A stretch of 64,000 nt of DNA from Phycisphaerae bacterium (GTDB lineage Bacteria > Planctomycetota > Phycisphaerae > UBA1845). Under the pieces are notes generated by a model that was given only the letters and a program-made list of their open reading frames with translations, did no database searches and was not told the DNA's origin. A program made the position numbers and the translations under genes. Below, piece by piece: positions 1-10,816 of the stretch (positions within the stretch are counted from its first letter, which is position 1; each line of letters opens with the position of its first letter). The DNA lies in NCBI GenBank assembly GCA_963666835.2, contig CAXXGO010000006.1, positions 448,001 through 512,000 of the forward strand, given 5' to 3'.

Positions 1-1402
1 CGATGGGAGGTTCGTATCCGGCGATAGTCCCCGCCGGCACGAACGAACGAGCGACGCGATCGCCGCGCTTCAGCACGTTGTTGACAATCTTGGCCTTATC
101 CACGGCCAGGCTGAATGCCCGCCGCACCCGCGGGTCGATAAAAGGGTTCGGCTTCCCGCCGACGGTAGCGCTGACGCAGTTGAAGCTCAGAAAGTAAGTG
201 GCGAATGTCTGGCACAGGTGAAAGTCCGGCCGGGCGCCGCTTTGGGCCAGCCGGGCAATCTCGTGATCGTACGGAACGTCCATAGTCGGCAGAAAGTCGA
301 GGTCACCCGCTTCGTATGCCATAATAGCGGCACTAACGTTATCGTACACGACCATGTCCACCGTTCGACATGCAATCGCATCTGCCGTCCGATGAAACCG
401 GTTTACGCCCAGTCGGGCTCGGCGTTTGAAGCGCCAGTCGGCCAGGCGATAGGGCCCGTTGCTGATCAAGCCGGGGTATCCGTTGCGGCGGTAGTCGGGT
501 TTGGTCCACTGCGGATCGTAAACGACCAGACCCTCGGCCGTGATGGGAGCCTTACGATAACGCTCGCGGAGCCGTTCGATACTCTCGTGGCACGGGAGCA
601 GCGTCGGGAAGGCGGTGATGTCCAAGAAGTACGGGCAAGGCCGGGCCAGCCGCACGGTCAGTTCCCGTTTGCCGGATGCCCGTACGCCCACTTTGGTGAA
701 ACGCTGATCCATTTCGGAAATGTGGGCCGCAAAAGCGGCCTCGTAGCAGGCGTTCCAATCTATGGACAGACCGTCGAGCTTATCCGCAAACCGCTGCCAG
801 GCGAGGTCCGCGGCGTCTTGCGCGGGCGGCTCCGGGATGGAGTCCGCGGTCGCGTGGATCTGACTAAAAGTCGGGCAGCGGGCCAAGGCCCGGGCTTGAT
901 CGGGCGTGAGGGTCCACCCATCGCGGATTCGCGAAAGGCTGGTCAGCTCCGCGACCCCGGCGCGTCGCCAGGTGAGATACTCCCGTGCCCCTGCAAGGTG
1001 ATCGGTAAACAGGAACTGGTAGTCGCCGGCCGTGCCGGGTTCGAGCCCGCGCCGCCAGCCGCGCACAAAGTCGGCGGCGACGACGGAATCTCCGTTGGAC
1101 CACCGGGCATCGTCACGGATGGTGAACTTGTAGGTGAGCCGATCGGAGGAGACGTCGGGCGGGAACAATGCCGCGCCGTCGATGGGTTCCGTGGTTACGG
1201 GGTCGGAGGTAGTGAGCCCCTCCCAGATGTTCAGCGCGATGCGGAAGTCCGGAGTCCAGCTCATCCGTACCGGGTCGAGGGTGTGGATGCCGGACGGATT
1301 GACGTATGCGAAGTCAGCCCGGGAGTCACCGGAGGACAGCGAGTAAATGGACAATGACGAAACGAAGAGCAGAGCGCAGACCAGCAGGAGGTTGCGAATC
1401 AT
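1..1402 (-). CDS. Peptide ABC transporter substrate-binding protein (OppA / SBP family 5); 3' end lies outside the window
   Basis: Absent from the ORF track because it runs off the edge. Manual translation from ATG 1402 (GAGG upstream) gives MIRNLLLVCALLFVSS...IHTLDP...NIWEGLTTSDP...TYKFTIRDDARWSNGDSVVAADF, the classic family-5 motifs. Confidence 0.88.
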   Translation of the reverse strand, partial: MIRNLLLVCALLFVSSLSIYSLSSGDSRADFAYVNPSGIHTLDPVRMSWTPDFRIALNIWEGLTTSDPVTTEPIDGAALFPPDVSSDRLTYKFTIRDDARWSNGDSVVAADFVRGWRRGLEPGTAGDYQFLFTDHLAGAREYLTWRRAGVAELTSLSRIRDGWTLTPDQARALARCPTFSQIHATADSIPEPPAQDAADLAWQRFADKLDGLSIDWNACYEAAFAAHISEMDQRFTKVGVRASGKRELTVRLARPCPYFLDITAFPTLLPCHESIERLRERYRKAPITAEGLVVYDPQWTKPDYRRNGYPGLISNGPYRLADWRFKRRARLGVNRFHRTADAIACRTVDMVVYDNVSAAIMAYEAGDLDFLPTMDVPYDHEIARLAQSGARPDFHLCQTFATYFLSFNCVSATVGGKPNPFIDPRVRRAFSLAVDKAKIVNNVLKRGDRVARSFVPAGTIAGYEPPI

Positions 1403-1433
1403 ATCCTCGACCGCGCTGGAGCTTGGTTTCGGC

Positions 1434-2501
1434 CTACGGAGCCCCGACCGGTACGTCCCACGGGGCGGTGTTGAGGGCTCCGGCGTCCTTCGTCTGCGGG
1501 TTGCCTACCCAGAGATACGCCTGCTCGACGACCTGGCCACGCAGCTCGTGTCCGCCCTTTTCCAATTCGCCGCGGATGTCGCCGCCGCCCCGACCGCCGA
1601 GAAGGGCTGAAAGGACCTCTTCCGTTCCGTCCAGACGCCGTTCGATGGCAATCGCCTCATATTCGTCGAGTTCGGCTTTGTTGTACCGCTCGGCATCCAA
1701 CCGAAGAAAAACCGCCAACTTGTTAACAAGCTGAGTTTTCTGCGGCTGCGTTAATGGGCCGATTGTTGCGGGATCCCGGAAGAACTCCAGGGCGTTCACT
1801 TCCGCGCGATCGACCACCACGCCGCCAGCCCGCCGATCAGCCAGCCGCTTGTCGAACAACGCCATGTATGCGTCGAACGCAGCCGCCTCACCAGGATACG
1901 CCAAAGCCAAATATATCCGGCCAAGAACTACCGGGCTGGATTCGGCCAGACCGGTGTCTCGAAGAGCCTGAATCGCCTGCGCGAGCTGAGCCCGGTCCGT
2001 GGCGAGTTCGGTCTTGAGCTCCGTCAATCCCCGGACGCACAGGAACCGGCAGGCCGCATCGGCGGTCTTAACGCCGGCCAGGAGTCCGTCAAAAGTCTCC
2101 AGGCGGCGGAAATCAACGAGCACGGTCGCAAACGCTCGCCAGACCACCGGATTCGTGTCCGCCTTCGCGAACCAGCGGGCAGCCACGGCCGTCGTGCGAC
2201 TGGCCAGGTGCATGCGGAACTGCGAGGTATTCCGATCGTTGGAATACTGGGCATTCAAATCGCTACGAAACTTCTTCAGGCCGGCGTTGGGGTCGTTCGC
2301 GATGGCCGCAACTAGATTCGTCGCCTGCAGCTCGACCCAATCCTCGATCTGCCGCTGATCTCCCGATTTGATGTCATCGCGGCTGCGGATCTGCTCCACA
2401 GCGGCATCTTCGAGAGACTCGGTCTGGGCGAACGCGGTGGAAGAGATAAGGCTCGTCAACCCGAGGATCCCGGCAGCGCATAACGTGATGTGTTTCAGCA
2501 T
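1434..2501 (-). CDS. Exported hypothetical protein, helical / HEAT-like
   Basis: Signal peptide MLKHITLCAAGILGLTSLISSTAFA-Q; HEAT-like segment DAACRFLCVRGLTEL; co-oriented with and directly upstream of the OppA gene. Confidence 0.7.
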   Translation of the reverse strand: MLKHITLCAAGILGLTSLISSTAFAQTESLEDAAVEQIRSRDDIKSGDQRQIEDWVELQATNLVAAIANDPNAGLKKFRSDLNAQYSNDRNTSQFRMHLASRTTAVAARWFAKADTNPVVWRAFATVLVDFRRLETFDGLLAGVKTADAACRFLCVRGLTELKTELATDRAQLAQAIQALRDTGLAESSPVVLGRIYLALAYPGEAAAFDAYMALFDKRLADRRAGGVVVDRAEVNALEFFRDPATIGPLTQPQKTQLVNKLAVFLRLDAERYNKAELDEYEAIAIERRLDGTEEVLSALLGGRGGGDIRGELEKGGHELRGQVVEQAYLWVGNPQTKDAGALNTAPWDVPVGAP

Positions 2502-2722
2502 AGTGTATTGACTCCCACCCCCAACTCGGCCTGACACCATGGCAAGCTGCCGACCAACCGGCAACGACGCACGGTCCCGCTCGGCCGATTACGATCCCGT
2601 TCGGGACTGCTTCAAGAAGGGATGGCGCCGGTAGTGTCCAGAACCATCCCAGGCAATCAGTATGGAGGCTACCGACGGCCCCCCCAACGGTCAAGACCGC
2701 CGACTCCCCAGCTCGCAATCAG

Positions 2723-2875
2723 GTAGGGTCCGCTCCGCCGACCATGCGGACTCGATTACACGTGGACTGCTACGTCTATCAGCAGTCTGTAGGGCACGGT
2801 CGAGGCACGAGACCTGCCGCGATTGGCGTGCGACGCGCGAAGCCGGTAGGGTCCGCTCCGCCGACCATGCGGACT
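2723..2875 (+). repeat. REP-like cluster: two 30-bp direct copies of GTAGGGTCCGCTCCGCCGACCATGCGGACT around one REP-A copy
   Basis: Identical copies at 2723-2752 and 2846-2875; REP-A GTAGGGCACGGTCGAGGCACGAGACCTGCC at 2789-2818. Confidence 0.85.
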
Positions 2876-3098
2876 ACCAGCAGTCGTAGCAATCATCGTA
2901 ATAGTAGTAGTATCCGTCGTCGTAGTAGTCATCGTAGTAGTAATCGTCGTAGTAGTAATACCCATCGTAGTAGTAGTCGTTATCGTCGTCGCGGAAGAAG
3001 TCGAACGCTCCGGTGTATGGATCGCACGTGCCCACCGTTACCAGTGGGATCCCCGCACAGGCCAGCGCCAAGATTAATCGCTTCGCTCGATGCAACAT
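2874..3098 (-). CDS. Small Tyr/Asp-rich exported peptide, possible lipoprotein (74 aa)
   Basis: ATG 3098 with GGAG upstream; basic then hydrophobic leader ending VTVGT-C; the 50 residues from that Cys hold 19 Tyr and 16 Asp. Confidence 0.7.
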   Translation of the reverse strand: MLHRAKRLILALACAGIPLVTVGTCDPYTGAFDFFRDDDNDYYYDGYYYYDDYYYDDYYDDGYYYYYDDCYDCW

Positions 3099-3241
3099 GG
3101 TCTCAATCTCCGTTGTCTCGCGTGCGTTCGCCCGCACTCTGAACAGCCACATATATACACCATCACGATATAGTTGACACACGACAACTAAATTGGTTAG
3201 CTAACCTCGGGGGTTTTCTTAAAATGGTGTCTAATAAGACT

Positions 3242-4501
3242 TTAGCGACTCAGTTTTGCGGAATCCGGTCCTTCGATGGACTGCTGTTGAGCCTTTTGCA
3301 CGCCGGCCGCGAAGAGCCCGACCAAGGCGAACAGAGCTGCTCCGACCCAATAGGGCCAAGAGGGACCGACATCGTATAGCGCTCCGCCGGCCAGGGGCGC
3401 CAACGTACGTGCAAAGGAGCCGACCCCTTGAGACAGACCGAGTACTCCGCCTTGGTGCCCGGACCCGGTCTGGCGGGAGATCAGGGCGTTGAGGCTCGGC
3501 CCGGTCAGTCCCTGGCCGAAAGCCGTGGGTATGCACCCCACGATGAGGCACGTCCAGGCGACGGCGGTAGTACCCACCAGGGGAACGCCCGACAGAATCA
3601 GCAGGCCGAACGCCGCGATAAACGGTCCGGTAGCTATGAGCTTAGCCTCTCCGAACGCTCGTGACAGCCGCCCAACCAGTCCGCCCTGGACGATGACCAT
3701 CAGGATCCCGATGTAGGCGAAGAGGATTCCGGTCCCGGTCTCGGTTATCCCGAAGCGATGCACGCACAGGTAGACGAAGGTCACCTCGAGAAGGACAAAA
3801 GCGAACACATTGAAGAACGAGATGGTAAACAGCTCGCGGAGTCGGGCGTGGCCGAGAACGGATCGCAACTGTCGCAAGAAATCCACGCCGGGATAACGGG
3901 AGCGATTTTCTACAGCATCCGGGCGGCTTTCGGGTAGGTAGCGCCAGACCAGGACCAGGGCGACGAAGGTAATTGCAGCGGCGCCGAAGGCGGGCCAGGC
4001 TGAACCGTGCCCGGGTCCGCTAACCCAACCCCCGATGAAGGCGAGCCCGGCGCCCAGGGCGGGTCCGACGACGAACCCGAAGCCGAACGCGGCGCCGAAC
4101 AGCCCCATGCCGCGAGCGCGATCCCGGGCGGTGGTGATGTCGGCAATGTAGGCTTGAGCTGTCGCAATGTTGGCACCCGTTACGCCATCGCAAACCCGGG
4201 CGATAAATAGCAGGGGCAAAGAAGATGCCAGATCTGCGACACCTAGCAGAACGTGACTGAGCACGCTGCCGGCCAGGCTGAGTAGCAGCACTTTTCGCCT
4301 TCCTACGCGGTCCGACCAGCGCCCGAGGATTGGGTTGAAAATCAGTTGCATCAGGGCGTAGACGCCCATGAGCATTCCGAGCGTAAAGCCGGTGGCGTTG
4401 AGGCGCTCGGCGTACACTGCCTGCAAGGGGATGATCAATCCGAAGCCAACCAGGTCGACGAAACAGATAAGCAGGATTAGTCGAAGGGGCGAACTCTTCA
4501 T
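3242..4501 (-). CDS. MFS transporter, TetA/DHA1-like
   Basis: Motif A GRWSDRVGRRKVLL, motif C GFVVGPALGA, about 12 hydrophobic segments; start taken at MKSSPLR. Confidence 0.92.
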   Translation of the reverse strand: MKSSPLRLILLICFVDLVGFGLIIPLQAVYAERLNATGFTLGMLMGVYALMQLIFNPILGRWSDRVGRRKVLLLSLAGSVLSHVLLGVADLASSLPLLFIARVCDGVTGANIATAQAYIADITTARDRARGMGLFGAAFGFGFVVGPALGAGLAFIGGWVSGPGHGSAWPAFGAAAITFVALVLVWRYLPESRPDAVENRSRYPGVDFLRQLRSVLGHARLRELFTISFFNVFAFVLLEVTFVYLCVHRFGITETGTGILFAYIGILMVIVQGGLVGRLSRAFGEAKLIATGPFIAAFGLLILSGVPLVGTTAVAWTCLIVGCIPTAFGQGLTGPSLNALISRQTGSGHQGGVLGLSQGVGSFARTLAPLAGGALYDVGPSWPYWVGAALFALVGLFAAGVQKAQQQSIEGPDSAKLSR

Positions 4502-4775
4502 GGTCGATTCCGGGGGAGACGAAGCCCAGCCGCTCGGGGATAATAACGGGCGAGCGGTCGAAGGTCGCCATCTCAACGCGAATCGTTGTCACAGAAGCAG
4601 TCCGGCGGAGAATGGGGCTTCGCGACGTTGGCGGTAGTATCGGCCCCGCTTCGAAAAGATCCTGCAGCACGGCATTGCGTTTCCGCGACGTTTGCGGTTC
4701 GCACTCAAGTTGTTGCTGGCTTTTTTGCTGTCGTTCTTTTCGAAAAAACTTCGCAAAAACCCATGAGGAAGCCGG

Positions 4776-4803
4776 TTGACAGGGTCATTAAGGCCGCTAG
4801 TAT
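4776..4803 (+). promoter_or_regulatory. Sigma70-type rRNA promoter
   Basis: TTGACA (4776-4781), 16-bp spacer, TAGTAT (4798-4803), with A-tracts upstream; about 275 bp before the 16S gene. Confidence 0.75.
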
Positions 4804-4810
4804 AGCCAAT

Positions 4811-4846
4811 TCGCCACTGACGGTGGTGATGAGTTGTTCTTTGACA
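4811..4846 (+). promoter_or_regulatory. rrn leader boxB-like hairpin and boxA antitermination site
   Basis: Hairpin TCGCCACTGACGGTGGTGA followed by TGTTCTTTGACA (boxA consensus TGCTCTTTAACA). Confidence 0.7.
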
Positions 4847-5077
4847 AGTGAACAGGTTTGTCGTCGTGAGAGTGTGAGTGCTTCGCGGGGCGTGTCTGAT
4901 TTTGCCGCGCGTGGTTCTAAAAGCCTGTTGATCGGTTATCCGGTCAGCGGACGACCCTAAACTAGCTGACCCTACCAGGAGTCGGCGAGCTCTCATTCTC
5001 ACGGACACACGAATGATAGCCCTTAGTCGTATCTGATCGTTCCGGGTTTCGACCCGGGATGTTAGGAAACGAACTTC

Positions 5078-6625
<1,548 letters not shown>

Positions 6626-6752
6626 GAGGATTATCTAGACGTGAATCGCCTATATGGCGGTCATGAGATAGTCAACACACCTCGGTGCTCGCCTTCGGGT
6701 GAGTGCGACAACCCTGTGAGGGGTGGCCGACGACAAGCCTGTACTTGATATT

Positions 6753-6792
6753 AAACGCCCGGCGGGTCCGAACACGATCCGCCGGGCGTTTT
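6753..6792 (+). terminator. Intrinsic terminator after the 16S gene
   Basis: AAACGCCCGGCGGGTC-loop-GATCCGCCGGGCGTTTT stem with a T run, 130 nt after the 16S 3' end. Confidence 0.85.
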
Positions 6793-6863
6793 AATTATAC
6801 TTCGGCCCGCGGGCCTTGCGGTAAACCGACTCCGAGCGGACGGTGCGGGGTTGGGTTGTCATC

Positions 6864-6960
6864 ATGCGCGTCGAGGAACTCGTTCCGTTACACCAAGCGG
6901 AGACCTTCTCGCCGTTCAGGGCCCGCTTGGCCGCCAGACGCCATCTGGACGTCGAAGCTG
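6864..6960 (+). pseudogene. Possible remnant of a small planctomycete hypothetical protein
   Basis: MRVEELVPLHQAETFSPFRARLAARRHLDVE resembles, from memory, the N-terminus of the PFxPFxIxLADGRxxxVxHPE family; the similarity then stops. Confidence 0.3.
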
Positions 6961-7470
6961 TCTCAGGGAGAACCGCGCCCCAAAACCGGGCATTACGTTG
7001 CATTTTGACGCCTGCCCCGGGAGCCGGAGGGCAAGGCCTTGTCTTGCGGTCATGCTCCGACCCGGTATCAGGCTTATGTTGCGGTGGTCATACGAGTAGT
7101 CAGGCGTAAAATCGGCACACGCATCCTGCAGCCCGCTTGATGTTGCGTCCAACATCCACGTATCCGACAGGCCCGCATGCGAAGCTTCTGCGGCAGATCA
7201 CGGACCGATAAAGTCGCTTCGGACGATCACAAAGCAGAACTCATGGTACGAATCCGACGTCGCAATTGGTCACACGAATTCCGAACATCCAGGCAGCTAA
7301 ACCTGATACAATGGCAAAGTAACTTGGGGACGCTACCGACAGCGGATCCGGCCCAGGGGTGAGAGGCCATCCTGCCTGTTCGATCGTCCCCTCGTGTTGC
7401 CATTTGCCTGGACGACCGGCGCGCCGGGCTCAGCGAGCGAGAGCGTTGGGGTATTTCGGAGGATGATGAC

Positions 7471-8790
7471 ATGAGATCAACCACAGTGAGCCTACTGTTG
7501 GTTGCCACCGGGTTTTACTTCGCACCTGGATTCAGCGTCCGGGCCGAGCCAGTCGGTACGGCGTTCACCTACCAGGGACAGTTGAAGTTCCAGGGAGTGC
7601 CGATGGATGGTAAGGCGGACTTTTACTTTCGTCTGTGGAGTGCGCAGGAGGGGGGGTCGCTTGCAGGTTCGATGGGGCCGGTATCCACCGACGTCACAAA
7701 TGGTCTGTTCAAGGTCGATCTTGATTTTGGCCATGGCGTTTTTGACGGCTCGGCCTATTGGCTCGAGATTGAGGTGGCGTTCCCTTCCGGTGCAGGGAAT
7801 TGGACCGTGCTTTCTCCGCGCCAGGATATAACGCCGGCCCCTTACGCGTTGTTCGCAGCCACAGCGGAGGGCCTCGCCCTGCCGTATTCTGCTCTCGCCA
7901 ACGGCACTGCGACCCCGTTCGCCATCACGCAGACGGGCGGGGGCCGAGCTGCGACCTTCGCGACCAACAATGTCTCAAGCGATGAGTCTACATTTGTTGT
8001 GATTCACGGGGGGCAGGCTTCTGCCGGCGAATTCTGGATCAATAATCCGTCGAACGACGATGTGGCCCTCTTCGCGTCGAGTGTGGGCGGCGGGGCCAGT
8101 CTCTTCGGGCGGAATCTCTCGAGCGGACCGGCAGTGGAAGGGACGGCCCTGGGCAGCGGTCGAGCCGCATCGTTTGTTACTGAGTCTTCTACGAATGACA
8201 GCCCTACGATATATGCCGAGCAGAAAGGAACCGGACGTTGCGGTCATTTTCGGATCACGAATGCCGCAAGCGACCTAGCAGCGGTTTCTGCTTCAACGAC
8301 GGGTGATGGGCCTGCGGTTTCTGGATACACCGTCGGTGCCGGGTCGGCAATGCTCGCCAAAACCGACGGTACCGGCTACGCACTGCACGCCGATTCGACG
8401 GACGACGTGGAACCGGAGGGTGGCGGGGTCGTTCTAATCGGCCAGGAAAACGGGAATAACGTTGCCATCGACGGCAACGAAATCATGGCCCGCAGCAACG
8501 GAGAGGCATCGACGCTTTATCTCAATATCGATGGTGGCGACGTGGTGTTCGGTGGGGCGATCGACATCGGATACGAGATTGTCTCAGCGGACGAGTACGA
8601 CGTTAACACGATTAGGGTCTATTGTCCAGCCGGTAAGAAGGTGCTCGGCGGTGGTTGTGCGGGCGGCACCGACGGCGATTACATAGAGGAATCTCGGCCC
8701 TACGGTAGCAACGCTTGGGAATGCACCAAACGTTACAACCTCTCGACGCTGCAGATCCACGCCTGGGCGATCTGTGCGAACGTGAAATAG
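7471..8790 (+). CDS. Exported fibre-like protein with an FTYQG N-terminal domain
   Basis: GGAGG RBS and signal peptide; AFTYQGQL...PRQDITPAPYALFA domain seen in tail-fibre-domain proteins of PVC bacteria; Gly/Ala/Ser beta repeats; C-terminal CPAGKKVLGGGC module. Confidence 0.8.
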   Translation: MRSTTVSLLLVATGFYFAPGFSVRAEPVGTAFTYQGQLKFQGVPMDGKADFYFRLWSAQEGGSLAGSMGPVSTDVTNGLFKVDLDFGHGVFDGSAYWLEIEVAFPSGAGNWTVLSPRQDITPAPYALFAATAEGLALPYSALANGTATPFAITQTGGGRAATFATNNVSSDESTFVVIHGGQASAGEFWINNPSNDDVALFASSVGGGASLFGRNLSSGPAVEGTALGSGRAASFVTESSTNDSPTIYAEQKGTGRCGHFRITNAASDLAAVSASTTGDGPAVSGYTVGAGSAMLAKTDGTGYALHADSTDDVEPEGGGVVLIGQENGNNVAIDGNEIMARSNGEASTLYLNIDGGDVVFGGAIDIGYEIVSADEYDVNTIRVYCPAGKKVLGGGCAGGTDGDYIEESRPYGSNAWECTKRYNLSTLQIHAWAICANVK

Positions 8791-8919
8791 TATAGGCAGG
8801 GAGGAGTACACTAGGTGGCAGCGGCACGGCGTGCCGGTGCATGTCCGGGATAACGCACAGGTTTCTTGGTTGCGAGAGAACGTAAAGAGGACAAAGCGAA
8901 GAAGCGAGCAAGACGATGA

Positions 8920-9330
8920 ATCATTACGACCTGTACATCTGTTCGAACACTGCTCGGGCTGCTGATCTTCTCTGCCGGCCTAGCCGTGGCCGATGACTTC
9001 GAGATCGGCAGATCCACGATCGACGGTGGCGGTGTGATGTTAAGTGCTGGAGGAGAATTCGAGCTGTCGGGTACGACCGGGCAACCAGACGCAGGTGTTA
9101 TGGAGGGCGGGGACTTTACCCTGACCGGAGGATTCTGGTTCGAGGAGCCGCGCGGCGACTGCGATGGCACGGGCGGTGTTGACCCGCTCGATTACAGTGA
9201 TTTCGTGATATGCCTAACGGGACCGAGCGCCAACACCGCGGAGGGATGCAGCTGCTTCGACGTGGACCGCAACGGAACCGTTGACCTGTTCGACTTCGCA
9301 GTCGCTCAGACCAGCTTCACGCGATCGTAG
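8920..9330 (+). CDS. Small exported protein (STIDGGG...SGTTGQPDAG...LTGGFW domain) with a dockerin-like C-terminus; start uncertain
   Basis: In-frame signal-like stretch VRTLLGLLIFSAGLAVA upstream of the track start at 8986; two EF-hand-like repeats GDCDGTGGVDPLDY and FDVDRNGTVDLFDF. Confidence 0.75.
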   Translation: MITTCTSVRTLLGLLIFSAGLAVADDFEIGRSTIDGGGVMLSAGGEFELSGTTGQPDAGVMEGGDFTLTGGFWFEEPRGDCDGTGGVDPLDYSDFVICLTGPSANTAEGCSCFDVDRNGTVDLFDFAVAQTSFTRS

Positions 9331-9469
9331 TCCGGTCGGCGGGCCGTCCGGCGCATGAGAGCCCTTCAACGCGCATCGTCACGACCACTCCTGACGATCT
9401 TACATAAAAGATGTTATCATCCACTAAAGCGGCCGGCGCTTCTGATAGCGGCCACTTGCTCAGACCGAC

Positions 9470-9675
9470 GGCAGGTCTCGTTCCTCGACCGTGCCCTACA
9501 CCCGACGCTGACCTACAGGGAGTCTACTAACGACAGAGGTGCCGGGTGTCATGGCCCACGCTTGCGTGGCCATGAAGGTCTTTCGGGTCGGCCGAGCGCG
9601 AGGGTGTCAACTTGGTCGCGCGGCCGTGCGCTCGATAGCCGTTGCGGAAGGTCTCGTACCTCGACCATGCCCTAC
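9470..9675 (-). repeat. REP-A copies plus a GGGTGTCA-type palindrome between convergent genes
   Basis: Reverse REP-A copies at 9470-9499 and 9646-9675; CATGGCCCACGCTTGCGTGGCCATG palindrome near 9550. Confidence 0.85.
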
Positions 9676-9775
9676 ACGCGCGTACGCGGCCCTATCTGTG
9701 CGGTCGGCGTTGTCCGGGTTGCTTCACTTGCCCGGGGGTTTGTTGTTGACGGGCGTACGTTTGAAACCGGCGCGA

Positions 9776-10816
9776 TTAGATGGCGTCGAGGGTGTCGGCT
9801 ACGTTTTCGGGCAGCTCGTTTAGAAACTCGGTGAAACCCGGCTTCTCGTGCAGGCCGAGGTCCTTAACTGCCGCGGTCTCCAGCAGTTTGTACGGCACGG
9901 GCGGAGAGTACTGCAACAAAGACGTAATCATATCGGTAACCTGAAGCTGAAGACGCTCGGTGCGGAGCGGATCGTCCGGTTCGGGGTAGGCGTGATGGGC
10001 GGCGATGATCTGCCTGAGCGTGTCCGGCAGTTTCCATCCCTCGGCGACCAGCTCGCCGAACTCCTGATGGCACTCATCACAAAGATAGTCAAACGACTCC
10101 AGGTCGATGTCGAAACCGGAGATTTTGCAATGATCGGTAGCGATTCGCAGCACGATCACGTTACCGATGTCGTGCAGCAAACCGATAAGAAACGCATCCT
10201 CCTCATCAACGCCCGTGAACCGCGACAGCCCCCGCATCACACACGCGCTGGCCAGCGAGCATTTCCACAGCATCCGGGCCAGCTCCTTGTTGACCACGCG
10301 ATCGTGGAACATCGCCGCCCGCAGGGATTCGTGCATCATCAACGTCCGCAGAGCTTTGGTCCCCAACCGGGTAACGGCCGGACGCAACGCGGTGATCTTG
10401 TGCAAACCGCGGTAGAGCGGCGAGTTGGTCATTCGCAGAACGGCCGCGGCGATCACCTGGTCTTCGGAGATGTCATCGGCAACCGCCCGGAGGTTGCAGT
10501 CTCGGGTACGAAGATGCGCCAGCGTCCGCTCGACCACTTGCGGCAGCGGCGGCATGCTCAGGTCGTGCCCGTCGAAGTGCGATACCAGCACGCTCTCCAG
10601 CGCCCGCGCCTCGGTGGACAGGGTCGGCGGTGACGTATCCCGCTCGAGCACGGTGGGCTCTTCGGGCTCCCACCACGGGGGCTCCGCCTCGGCACCTGTG
10701 GCTTCAGACCCCGGGACCGCCACAGTCGCGGTAGTCTCCCCCGGGCCGGCGGACGCCGCGGGCGCGCTCGCCTGGTCCTGCTGCTTCTCTCCCGTCAGCC
10801 AAGCCCACAGACCCAT
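9776..10816 (-). CDS. HDOD domain protein
   Basis: MPPLPQV, ISEDQVIAAAVLRMTNSPLY, AFLIGLLHDIG, HQEFGELVAEGWKLP and HH motifs; GGAG RBS. Confidence 0.93.
   Translation of the reverse strand: MGLWAWLTGEKQQDQASAPAASAGPGETTATVAVPGSEATGAEAEPPWWEPEEPTVLERDTSPPTLSTEARALESVLVSHFDGHDLSMPPLPQVVERTLAHLRTRDCNLRAVADDISEDQVIAAAVLRMTNSPLYRGLHKITALRPAVTRLGTKALRTLMMHESLRAAMFHDRVVNKELARMLWKCSLASACVMRGLSRFTGVDEEDAFLIGLLHDIGNVIVLRIATDHCKISGFDIDLESFDYLCDECHQEFGELVAEGWKLPDTLRQIIAAHHAYPEPDDPLRTERLQLQVTDMITSLLQYSPPVPYKLLETAAVKDLGLHEKPGFTEFLNELPENVADTLDAI

Noticed and set aside
218..1357. 379-aa plus-strand ORF
   Set aside because: Antisense shadow of the OppA gene. The same applies to 12381-13745, 14130-15530, 32272-33576, 36458-37948, 37977-39125 and 48050-49441.
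7471..8790. Prophage, suggested by the fibre-like gene
   Set aside because: The protein has a Sec signal peptide and there are no capsid, terminase or integrase genes.
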